From assembly GCF_009914755.1 (NCBI RefSeq), contig NC_060927.1: a stretch of DNA of 64,000 bases; one strand, 5' to 3'. Shown here in pieces: positions 15,120-30,240 of the stretch (its first letter is position 1; every line of letters starts with the position of its first letter). The translations under genes were made by a program, and so were the position numbers. Source of the DNA: the human T2T-CHM13v2.0 reference genome, Homo sapiens. The notes beneath the pieces were generated by a model that saw nothing but the letters and a program-made list of their open reading frames with translations, was not told the origin of the DNA and made no database searches.

Positions 15120-16946
15120 TGACTACATATTTTGACTAATGTGAATGATACTATAATAAACAGAGTGCATATATCTCTTCAATACACTGATTCCCTTCCG
15201 TTGGGGTATATATCTCTAGCAGTGGAATTGCTGGATCAAATTTTAGTTTTTTGAAGAACTTTCATACTGTTCTCCATAATGGCTGTACTAATTTACATTC
15301 CCACAAGCAGTGTACCAAGGTTCCCCTGTGTCCACATCCTCTCCAGCATTTGTTATTGCCTGTCTTTTTGATACAAGCTTTTAACTGGGGTAAGGTGATA
15401 TCTCATTGTGGTTTTGATTTGCATTTCCCTGATGATTAGTGATGTTGAGTATTTTTTCATATACCTGTTGGCTATTTGTATGTATACTTCTGAGAAATAT
15501 CTATTCAGATCTTTTGCCTATTTTTAAATTGGATGATTTGTGTTTCTGCTATTGAGTTGTTTGAGCTCCTTATATATTCCTGTTGTTAATCCCTTGTCAG
15601 ATGGATGGTTTGCAAATATTTTCTCCCATTCTGTGGGCTGTCTCTTCACTTTGTTAATTGTTTCCTTTGCTGTGCTTTTTAGCTTCATGAAATCCCAATT
15701 GTCTATTTTTGCTTTGGTTGCCTGTGCTTTGGAAGTCTTACACAAAAAATATTTGCCCAGCTCAATGTCCTGGAACATTTCCCAGTGTTTTCTTCTAGTA
15801 CTTTCATAGCTTTAGGTCTTTCATTTAAGTCTTTAAACCATCTGATTTTATTTTTGTTTATGGTAAGAGACAGTGGTCTAGTTTCATTCTTCTGCATATA
15901 ATTAGCCAGTTTTCCCAGCACCATTTATTGAAGAAGCTGTCCTCACTCTATTGTGTATTCTTAGTGCCTTTGTTAAAGATGAGTTGGTTGTAAATGAATT
16001 GATTTATATCTTGGTTCTCTATTCTGTTCTATTGATCTGTGTGTCTGCTTTTTTGCCAGTGCCATGCTGTTTTGATTACTATAGCTTTGTAGTGAATTTT
16101 GAAGTCAGGTAGTGTGATGCCTCCAGCTTTGTTCTTTTTGCTCACTATTGCCTTGGTTATTTGGGGTCTTTTGTGGTTTCATATATATTTTAGGCTTTTT
16201 TTCTATTTCTGTGAAGAATGTTATTGCTATTCTGATAGGGATTTCATTAAACCTGTAAATTGCTTTGGGTAGTACTGTTATTTTAACAATATTAATTCTT
16301 CCAATCCATTAGCATGGAATATCTTTCCATTTTTTTGTGTCCTCTCCTATTTTTTTCAGAGTTTTATAGTCTTCCTTATATAGATCTTTTACTTTGTTAG
16401 ACTGATTTCTAGATATTTTATATTTTTGTACCTTGTAAATGGGATTGCTTTCTTGATTTCTGTTTCAGATTGTTTGCTGTTGGTGTATATAAATGCTACT
16501 GATTTTTGTGTGTTAATTTTGTATCCTGCAACTTTGCTGAATTTGTTTATCAGTTCCAGTAGTTTTTTGGTGGGGCCTTTAGGTATTTCTAGGTATAAAA
16601 TCAAGTCATCTATGAACAAGACCAATTTGATTTATTTCTTTCCAGTTTGGATGCCCTTTAGTTTATGTTCTTGCCTAATTGCTCTGGCCAGGACTTCCAG
16701 TGTTATGTTGAATAACCATACTAAAAGTGGGCATCCAGCCAGGCACAGTGGCTCACACCTTTAATACCAGCAGTTTGGGAGGCTAAGGCAGGAGGATCAT
16801 TTGAGCACAGGAGTTTGAGACCAGCCTGGGCAACATAAGGAGACCCCATCTCTATAAAATAAAATTTAAAAAAATTAGCTGGATGTGGTGTATCACACCT
16901 GTGATCCCAGCTACTTGTGTGTCACAGGATCCTTGGGGCATTGCTT

Positions 16947-17368
<422 letters not shown>

Positions 17369-18801
17369 TCACTTTTCTGGCCAGAAATCTCTGTGGTCAG
17401 TGGCATCTTTGCTCAAGCTTTGCTCAGGCCCGCTGGGCTCATACCACCTATTCAGCCTGGCAGGCTGTGCTCAGCTCACGCAACTGGCCTGATTCCCATT
17501 CCAGCCAAGGGTGAGCCAGGCATGGAGTGGCAAGGGGTGTGTGAGCAAGCAAGTGTGGGGTCTGGCCACTTCTCACAGCCAGGCACACTGGCTGTGGTGG
17601 GGTGGGCAGCTCCAGGTGCTGGCACAGGTGCTGGCTCCCTGCGAGTCTGCAGCTGGACCAGGCATACTGCAAGCAGCTTCTACAGCTGTCATCAGGAAAC
17701 GCTGTGGTGCCCAGAAGCTTGGAGATGCCAGTAACTGCAGAGCCCCAAATAGGGTGTCACAGCCCTGGTTCGGGGAGCTCCTAGGTCTGGGCTCCCCAAA
17801 GGGCCACAGCTCTTCTCTCCTTCTCTCTTTTCTCCTTCTTATCACCTGCAATGTGGTGAGCAATGGGTGTGTTTCAGCCCTGTTTGTGTTACAGCTCTTT
17901 CAGCCCTGGTACCCCAAGTCCCACGTCCAGGAAGAATGAGGTATGCGGGCAAGTGGAGGGTGAGCAAGGCAAAATGGTGTTTTACTGAGCCACAGAACAG
18001 CTCAGAGGAGACCCACAGTGGGTAGCTCTTCTCTGAAGGCAGGTCATCCTGATGAGAGTCCAGCTCTCAGCAGAGAGGAGACCCACAGTGGGTAGCTCCT
18101 CTCCGCAGGCAGATCATCTTGATGTCTGCCGAAGTCTGGCTGAGTCCAGGGTTTTTATGGTCTTCAAAGGGGAGGAATGATCAGCAATGCACGCTGATTG
18201 GCCTATGGGCGGCCATGGGTGGGGAGAGGCTGGGCAGCAGAAGCAGGCATTTCCAAGCCTGTGAGGGCTTCCCTGGCCCCCAAGACTGCAGGAATGCCCG
18301 AGTCTGCAGCCACAGCTGGGCAGCCTCACTTTGCTCCACAATCATAGTGGGTGCCAGGAGCAGAGAGAGGCCAGGCAGCAGGAGCAGGCATTCCCAAGCC
18401 TATGGGGCCATGGGGGACTTCCTGGCCCCCGAGAGTGCAGGAATGCCTAGGTCTGCAGGGCAGCTGGGCAGTTGCAGCTGCACCTGGGAGGGTGGGGCTC
18501 CTGTCTCTCCAACCAGGAATGAGTCCTGGCTTCCTCCTGTTCCCAGCTTCCACCGGCTCCTGCCAGCTTCCACCGGCTCTTGCCAGCTTCCTGGAGTACA
18601 CAGCCCTGGTGTGCCTCCCCTACTGCAGCCAGCGTCTTTGCAGCAGCTGCTCCAGATAAGCTGCCACTGCCATCACTTGGAAGGTTGAGGTGGGAGAGAT
18701 TGCTTGAGCCCAGGAAGTGGGGACTGTAGGGAGCCATGATCATGCCATTACACTCCAGCCTGGGTGACAGATCGAGATCCTGTTTTTAAAAATATAAATA
18801 A

Positions 18802-19185
<384 letters not shown>

Positions 19186-19599
19186 TTACAAGACAGACCT
19201 CTAGGGGGCAGTGTTGTCCAAACTCCACAGGCCAGCCTGCTGGTCTCAGGGGGACCCATCTTGAGTACCCTATTATGTACTATGTTCATGGAACCTAAGG
19301 CATCATTGATTAATAGAGATACCATTACTGGATGTGCCACTAAAAATGAAACTACTCCAGATAGAAGTCTATTAGACCCCAGATAAAGCTGAGACACTAA
19401 AGGCCTCTGTGGAGGGGGTCCATGAGAAATATACAGAAAAAAGAGAAAGAAAGGGACATGCATAGTAGGACAGCAAGAGAAGTTGCATGTTTCAATTTTG
19501 CCATGGATGGAGGAAGTAAAATCTGCCCGTATAATTTGAATCAAAAGTTGGTTCTCATGCAGTTTTCTGGTACTACTTGTGCCATCAAAAAAACCTCAG

Positions 19600-19795
19600 A
19601 GAATTTAATGTACAAATGCACCTCAACTTATGATGATGTTATGTCCTGATAAACCATCATAAGGTGACTATATCATAAGTCAACTTTATCCAGTTGTAAG
19701 TTGAGAAGCACACTGAATGCATATTGTTTTCACACTATCACAAAGTTGGAAAATCATAAGCTGAAACATCGTAAAGTTAGGGACCACCTGTAGTT
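19600..19795. mobile_element. Tigger (TcMar) relic, Tigger4-like
   Basis: ctcaacttatgatg...cctgataaaccatcataag...aaaatcataagctgaaacatcgtaaag; similar sequence at ~60650-60760. Confidence 0.55.
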
Positions 19796-19916
19796 TCACA
19801 TTATTATGAGTTCCTTGGCAAGGGTAGAACCCAAAGCTTATATAATTTGATGCCCTCTTTTAAAAAAGAAATACAAAATATCTTACTCTTGCAAATTTTA
19901 TAAAAACCTATGATGA

Positions 19917-20205
19917 GGCTGAGTGTGGTGGTTCACATCTGTGATCCCAGCGCTTTGGGAGGCTGAGACAGGCAGATCACTTGAGGCCAGGAATTTGAGA
20001 CCATCCTGGCCAACATGGCAAAACTGCATCTCTCTACTAAAAATACAAAGAAAATTAGCTGGGTGTGGTGGCACGTGCCTCAGCTACTCTGGAGTCTGAA
20101 GCATGGGAATCACTTCAACTTGGGAGGCAGAGTTTGCAGTGAGCTGAGATAGCAACACTGCACTCCAACCTGGGCAACAGATTGAGACTGTCTCAGAAAA
20201 AAAAT
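19917..20205 (+). mobile_element. Alu
   Basis: Dimeric Alu. Confidence 0.93.
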
Positions 20206-20624
20206 ATGTAATTTGATCCCATGAAGCTGTGAGGTGGAACCCTTTCAGGACCTTGGAAGGGCCATGCAAATGAGGTGTCCTGAAGCTTTACTCTCATTGG
20301 TAACTCAGCCTGTGCCCCAAGTGACAGGCAGAAGCAAAGAAAAATCCTCTACAAATGAACACAATTTTAATCGAAACAACAGCAATCACAACATACCATC
20401 AACTATTATCATATCCTGACTTCAGAGATGTTAAAGTACACAACAGTATGCTTCTTAGGAGCAATGAAATATGATATTTCAAAAAGAAAAAAGATAATGT
20501 AAATTTTGACCCTGACTTGGCTAAGACAATAACACATGACAACAACAATGATGATAGCTATCATTTATCAAGCTCCTACAGTGTGCCAGCCTTCTCACAA
20601 ACTTTTTTTCTGCTCCTCACATGA

Positions 20625-21300
20625 GCTTAATGCCACCACCAAAGACTTGAAAGATACAAGGTAGTGATTCCTACCAAATCCACAATTAACTCACTTGTTT
20701 GATCAGTGTACAAATCAAGTAGGTCATAGAAAATGACCACAGATCATCACGGACTAATCCAGTGGTGAGGTGAATCACAACCAGAATTGCAGAGACGGTA
20801 TTTTTACTGGAGCAAATCCACACAGTCCCTGGCACCTGGGCCACTATTGACCTGGCAAATGCTTTATCCTGCCCACCCCCACCTTAATCCTCTTCTGCCC
20901 TGTTGTGGCAGGGACAGCAGTATACTTTTACTGTCCTGCCTCCGGGCTATGTCGGCTTGCCTGCACTTAGTCAGAATGCAATCTGGAGGGACCCAGAAGC
21001 CCAAGCTGATCCATTACATATCTTTATCATGCTAATTGGACCTGGAGAGCCCCAAAGAGCTAGCACCTAAATGCCTTAGTAAAGTACCTGCAATGCCAGA
21101 AAATGGGAGATAAAGCCTGACAATATTCAGGAGTCTGCCACATGCGTGAAGCCTCTAGAGTCCAGTGGTCTGGGCTTTGTTGGGATAGACCTTCTAACAT
21201 GAGATTCAAGTTGTACTTTACACCAGAAAGAGCCATGAAGAAAAAGATATGAAGCTTAATTTTCAGAAGTAACACAAACCAGATTTGAGTATCTGTTGCT
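20625..21300 (+). mobile_element. Highly decayed ERV-L pol (RT) fragment
   Basis: aatgccaccaccaaagacttgaaagatacaaggtagtgattcctacc parallels agtgccactgtcaaggacttgaaagatgcaggtataattattcccacc in the ERV-L at ~42614. Confidence 0.65.
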
Positions 21301-21539
21301 GTGAACCACTAACTCAAGTAACCCTTAAGGGTACAAGGTTTTTGGCTTTTGTTTTTGAATTTTTATTTTAACATAATTTCAGGCTTACAGAGCAGTTGAA
21401 AGAATAGTTGAAGAATTGCCATATACCCTTCACTCAGATTTCACAAATATTAACATTTTCATAGGCAGACAGAAGCAAATTATTTTTAAGTTGAAGTTCT
21501 TTTATACTTATTTAGTTCTAGGAATTTTGACTGATAGAC

Positions 21540-23152
21540 ATTGACTGGTGGGGGAGGTGGAGGTTGCTGGCTGACCAAGGTGATCTGTGGTGGTTGGTGG
21601 CATGTTGGTGGCTAAAGCAGGCAATGTGCAGTGTGGTAAGGATGTGTCATAGTGACCACCTGGATGAGCCAGCAGGGCCAGGTATAATGAAACATTGCCA
21701 TGGAGTTTCTTCCCCCAGATACAGTGTGGCCCAGGTGGATGCCACGGTGCCACCCTCTGGTGCTGAGGAGCCCACACTGTGCGGAGCCTGCCCTGCCTAT
21801 GCACCGGTGCCGATGACCCAGCCAGGCCTGATTTAGCCCCACCAGGCAGGCAGCAATGGCCCCTCTCAAGCATGGAGCTCCCTCCCTGAGACAGGAAGCT
21901 ATTGGAGAACTGGGCTTTGAAGCCATCAACTCACAGCTAACTGTAGAGAGCAAAGATACCCACATTATCAGCAGGATTGAGAGCTACTCACGTAAGATAG
22001 CAGGAGACGACAAACACTGTTCTGACAGGAGGGCGGCCCACATACTGAAGGCTCTCTCCCCATCCCAGACCTCAGGCCTCAGCCCCAGCAGCCTGAGCAA
22101 GAACCAAGGTGGCAAGGACAAGGGCCCCCCTCAGGGACAAGTGCAATTGCAAGACCCTCTTCCACTTGATTGTCATGCTCAGCGAGTCCTTTCAGGCCTG
22201 ACTATGACCTCAGCACAGCCCGCAGCCATGGGTTCAGCCGGAAGCCCAGCCTCAGGTGGGTGGTGAATGCAGTCAACCGCAGTCTGTTCTCAGCTGCGTG
22301 GGGGGACATCAAGGTCCTAGAACACAGCTGTGGAACACAGTGGATGAGGAGATCCACCTGGCTTAATGAGACACCCACAGCTATAACCCAGACATGGACC
22401 CAGATGCCTTCAGAGAAGAAGATACCCTCTGGTCCTTCAACTACTTCTTCTACAACAAAGGGCTCAAGCAAATTGTTTTCTTCAGCCACCGCTCCATTAG
22501 CAGCTCCACCTGCACACCCTCAGAGGCAGGCAACGAGATGGACCTGGAACTGGGGGAAGAGGAGGAAGAGAAAGGAAGCAGAGGTGGAGGCAGTGAGGGT
22601 GGGGCCGAAGAGACCAGACCAAGGAGGACAGGTTCCCAGTGATTTGTATGTGATGAGGAGTAGCACAGGCCCCAGCTTCATCCAGCTTCAACCAATGCCT
22701 GGACCTGCCCACCTGAGAGGCCCTGAGGCCTCCCCAGCTGCAGGCCAGACCCTGGTGCTGTCAGAGTCTCAGCACTGCCCAAGGCCACACCTGCCTGGCC
22801 CTTTGGCTCCAGCCTGTAGGTGTCCACTCAACCCCATAGGCTTCTGCTGCCCACGCTGTGGCTGGACTAGACAGCACAGGACCTGCTGCAAAGAGTAACC
22901 ACCTTGCCCAAACGAACTACCACAGGCAGGGACAGCTAGACCACAGAGTTTATTTTTGTATTTCTGCTGGGCCTGCACACTCCAGCCCAAAGGGCTTATA
23001 GCCAGAGGCCCCAGAGGTCATGAGCTCTAGTCTTGGGTCAGCTCTTGGCACCCACCTGTACCCCCACCTCACCCATTTGGCTGCATGCACTGAGTGTCAC
23101 TTTGCTGCAGCTCATTGCTTTCCAATAAAAATGTTTGTGACTTAAAAAAAAT
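21540..23152 (+). pseudogene. Processed pseudogene of MAF1 (RNA polymerase III repressor), near full-length mRNA copy
   Basis: Intronless frameshifted match to MAF1: KLLEN / [34 protein letters not shown] / [17 protein letters not shown] / [35 protein letters not shown] / [42 protein letters not shown]. Start ATG>AGG at 21893; stop ~22651-22653; AATAAA at 23124; oligo-A at 23144-23152. 5' boundary approximate. Confidence 0.94.
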
Positions 23153-23179
23153 TGAGACAAAAATTTAAAAATTTTATAA

Positions 23180-25295
23180 CATGCTCATGAATGCTGGCAA
23201 CCTCACCTCCACCAGCACCCCACCCCAGCTGCCACCACCGCCAGTACAAGTGCAACACCAGCAACCCCACGGCTGCCAGTGCCCCAGCCCCCATTTTCCC
23301 CCCTACCAATGCACCACCACCACCACTGGCATGAGCACATGCAGGAACACCGCCTCCCCATTTCTGCTGGAACCCCTCCCCAGCTAACACGTGTGCACCC
23401 CGCCATGCTGCTGCAGCTGCTGCCATACATCAGTAAGCACAGATCTCACTGACACCACCCTGACCAAGTGCTTTGGCTAGCATCTTCCATCACAGTGCTG
23501 TGGCCAGCAGACTGGGAACAACTCAGCCCCTCCAGCAGAATAGATTCCTAACCTTGAGGGTTCAGATAGCACAGCCAGGCGCCCAGCACCAGCCCTCCCA
23601 GAGTTAGAGCACGCAGCCCAGGAGTGCTGAGCTGAGTCTGGGCCCCCTAAAATCTTCCAGAAATGAAGCAAGTCAACCAAACCCACCATATACCACAATC
23701 AAACCAAGATCATCAAAGAAGATAAAAGCAGAAAACCTCTCCAAAGCACATCAACTTCAAAAATTGAAGGAACATCAGCCCACACAGATGAGAAAGAACT
23801 AGTGTGAGAACTCTGGCAACTCAAAAACCAGAGTGTCTTCTTACCTCCAAACCACCACACTAATTCTCTAGCAATCGTCCCTAGCCAGCCTGAAATGGCT
23901 GAAATGACAGACATAGAATTCAGAAAATGGATAGGAATGAAGATCATTGAGATTCAGGAGAAAGTTGCAACCCCATCCAAGGAATCAATAAGATGCTACA
24001 GGAGATGAAGGATGAAATGGCTATTTTAAGAAAAAAATAAACTGATCCGATAGACCTAAAAAACTCACTTCAAGAATTTAGTAATACAATCTCAAGTATT
24101 AATAGTAGAATAGACCAAACTGAGGAAACACTCTCAGAGCTTGAAGACCGTTCTCCAAAATAACTCAGTCAGACAAAAATAAAGAAAAAAAGAATTTAAA
24201 AGTATGAATAAAACCTCCGAGAAATACAGGTTATGTAAAGAGACCAGATCTACAGTTCACTGGCATCCCTGAAAGAGAAGGAGAGAAAGCAAGCTACTTG
24301 GAAAACATATTTGAGGATATTGCCGGTGAATATTTCCCCAACCTTGCTAGAGGCCAACATTCAAAGGCAGGAAATGCAGAGAACCCCTGCCAGACGCTAT
24401 AAAAGATCACTATCCCCAAGACACATAGTCATCAGATTCTGTAAGGTCGAAATAAAGAAAAAGTTTTAAAGGCAGCTAGAGAGAAACAGCAGGTCACCTA
24501 CAAAGGAAACACCATTAGGCTAACAGCAGGCCTTTCAGTAGAAACTATACAACCAGAAAAGATGGGGGGGGCCTATATTCAGCATTTTTTTTTTTAAAGA
24601 AATTCCGGCCAGGTGCAGTGACTCACACCTGTAATCCCAGCACTTTGGGAGGCCGAGGCAGGTGGATCACCTGAGGTCAGGAGTTTGAGACCACCTGACC
24701 GACACAGTAAAACTCCATCTCTACTAAAAATACAAAAATTAGCCAGGCATGGTGGTGGGCACCTGTAATCCCAGCTACTTGGGAGGCTGAGTCAGGAGAA
24801 TCACTTGAACCCGAGATGGAGGTTGCTGTGAGCCAAGATGGCGCCATCGCACTCCAGCCTGAATGACAGAGTGAGACCCCATCTCAAAGAAAATAAATAA
24901 ATAAAATAAAAAAGAAATTCCAACCAAGAATTTCATATTCAGCCAACTGAGCCTCATAAGTGAAGGAAAAACAAGATCCTTTTCAGATAAGTAAATACTA
25001 AGAAAATTTGTTACCCTTATATAATTAATATTCTATAATGGTAAAGGTTTCAATTCAACAAGAAAACCTAACTATCGTAAATACATATCCACCCAACACA
25101 GGAGCACCCAGATTCATAAAACAAGTTCTTGGAGACCTAAGAAGAAATTCAGATAACCACACAATAATAGTGGGAGACTTCAACACCCCACTGACAGTAT
25201 TAGACGGATCATCAAGGCAGAAAACTGGTAAAGATGTTCAGGACCTGCACTCAACAAAACCAAATGGACCTAATAGACACGACAGAACTCCTTAT
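23180..25295 (+). mobile_element. L1 5' portion (old 5'UTR, ORF1 relic, ORF2 endonuclease fragment) with internal deletion
   Basis: ORF1-like gaaatgacagacatagaattcagaaaatgg, ccccaagacacatagtcatcagatt; ORF 25038-25298 MVKVSIQQENLTIVNTYPPNTGAPRFIKQVL..IIVGDFNTPL is the L1 EN domain. Confidence 0.88.
24607..24912 (+). mobile_element. Alu inside L1 ORF1
   Basis: TSD aaagaaattcc at 24596 and 24911. Confidence 0.95.
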
Positions 25296-25606
25296 TAGAA
25301 GCGAAGAAAAGACACTCCCAATATAATAGTCTCTCACTATTACTGTGTGGTGACAAAGACCCTATCTCTAAAAATAAAAAGTTTAAAAAAAAATCAAGAA
25401 ATTAGCATTGGTGATAATATTATTATCCAGTCTGAATATTCTATTCAGATGTTGCCAGATGTCTCAATAATGTCCTTTAGAACAAAAGAACATTTTAGAT
25501 CACAAGTAACATTCAGTTGTTATGTCTCTTTAGTCTACTTGAATCTGAAGAAGTCCTCAGCCTTTCCATCTGCATTTCATGACATTGGCATTCTGACAAA
25601 CACAAA

Positions 25607-26080
25607 TGTATTAGTTTCCTAGGCCGGCCATAACAAATGATTACAAACCGGATGGCTTTAAACAGCACAAAGTTATTTTCCCACTGCTCTGATAGCTAGA
25701 AGTCCAAAATCAAGGTGTCAGCGGGGCTGTGCTCCCCCCAGAAACCTGTAGGGGGAATCTTTTCTTGCATATTCCCAGCTTCCAGTGGTTGCCGGCAGCC
25801 CCTGGTGTGCCTTGGTTTGCAGCTGCAGCCCTGCAGCCCCTGCCTCTGTCTTCACGTGTTGTTCTCCCTTTGCGTGTCTGTGTCTCTGTGGCTTTTCTTC
25901 TCTTCTAATAAGGATACCTGTCATATTGGATTAAAGGCCCATTCTCCTCTAGTAGGACCTCATCTTAATTAATTACATCTGCAACAACTCTTATTTCCAA
26001 ATCAGGTCACGTTCTGACATAGTGGGGATTCAAACTTCAACATATCTTTTTTTGGAGTCACAGTTCAATCCGTCTCAACA
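25607..26080. mobile_element. MaLR LTR (MLT1B/C-like) within an old antisense L1M 3' end (~25390-26510)
   Basis: tgtattagtttcctagg..ccataacaaa..ggcttaaacagcac..ctaataaggatacctgtcatattggatta..acatctgcaa. Confidence 0.75.
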
Positions 26081-26495
26081 GGGCAGTTATTTTACAAAAT
26101 ACTCCTCAACTTGAGTTCTGGTATTTCCTCAGGTTAGATTCAAGTTGCACACTTTCAGTTGGAATACCATAAAACTCACCAGGAGGCATGTGATATCAAT
26201 ATGTCCCTCTCCTGGTGATATTAATTTTGTTTACTGGGTTCAGGTGGCGTGTGCCAAGCTTCTCCACTGTAAAGTTACTGTTTTTCCATTTGTAATTAGT
26301 AAGTATCTTGTGGAAAAATATTTTTAGTCTATTTTGAGTAAATATTGTTATTCCTCAAACTTTCTGTCCCAGAAGTTTTAGTTTTAGCATCAATTGATGA
26401 TTCCTGCCCACGTCAATTATTACTTATTATGGTTGCCAAATGGTGATTTTCAAATTCCATCATTTCTTCTACATTTTTTAGTTGGCTTTCTTCTA

Positions 26496-26820
<325 letters not shown>

Positions 26821-26837
26821 ATGTTCCTTTCTTCCCT

Positions 26838-26839
<2 letters not shown>

Positions 26840-26886
<47 letters not shown>

Positions 26887-26891
26887 TGTGT
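26840..26891. repeat. (TG)n microsatellite
   Basis: ~50 bp of TG with one interruption. Confidence 0.97.
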
Positions 26892-27361
26892 TTATATCAG
26901 CATGAACACATGGAGGGGCTGCAAGTTTTGAGCAGGGCCTAGAGCAAAAAGGCATCTGTAGCAAGCTGAGGTGTGGAGCCAGCTGCCTGCCACTGCACCT
27001 ATGACCAGCATGCCCAATAATTGTGGAAGTATCTGTTGCAGACAAAGGTAACATATAGAACCCTTGGCACGCCACAGTAGGAGAATAACAGTCATAGGAT
27101 ATTTGAGAAAGGCTATGTCCACCACTGTTGTCAGTTAGTCTCCACTAAAAAGCAACTCCTGACTTCCTCCTGAAACCTCATGGACTGAGCACTTGGCTTC
27201 AGGACCTACTCTGTACCTGGGCTATGTGAATGGGTGCTCCTCCTGCTGAACACCAGTGTATTCCAGCAATAGGGAGCACCAGCAGGAGAATGAGGGACGA
27301 AAGAGAGTGAGGTCAGTGTATTTATTGCCCTGCCCCTCCCTGCAGCATCACCACAGGCCAG

Positions 27362-27760
27362 TTCTGATGATGAATTGAGGAAAAAATATCACTCCTATGA
27401 TATTTTTACCAAAAATGCGTAATCCAAATCTAATCCTGAGAAAACATCAGACAAGCTCAAATGGAGGCACAGTCTACAAAATCATTGGCCTGTACAACCC
27501 AAAAAACATCAAGTTTATAAAAGACAAGGGAAGACTGAGGAACTGTGCAGATTAAAGAAAACTAAAGAAACCTGACAACTAAATGCAACCCATGAACCTG
27601 GATTGTATCCTGGACCAGAAAATTGTTTTCTTTTGTTACAAAGGACACATTTTGGACAACTGATGGAATTTAAATAAAGTCTGTAAGTTAGATAATAATA
27701 TTGTATCAATGTTTATTTCCTAATTTTCTTATAACTGTATAAAAGATTAGGTTCATGCTA
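27362..27760 (+). mobile_element. Old L1MC-like 3' end
   Basis: aatctaatcctgagaaaacatcagacaa..gacaactaaatgcaa..ggattgtatcctggaccag..attgtatcaatgtt. Confidence 0.7.
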
Positions 27761-27799
27761 TACATGCTGTTTTTGTTCTTTTGTTGTTGTTGTTTTTGA

Positions 27800-30240
<2,441 letters not shown>

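Noticed and set aside
21856-22898. 136-aa and 242-aa ORFs as a functional MAF1 retrogene
   Set aside because: Start codon lost and homology is split over several frames; each ORF drifts out of the MAF1 frame
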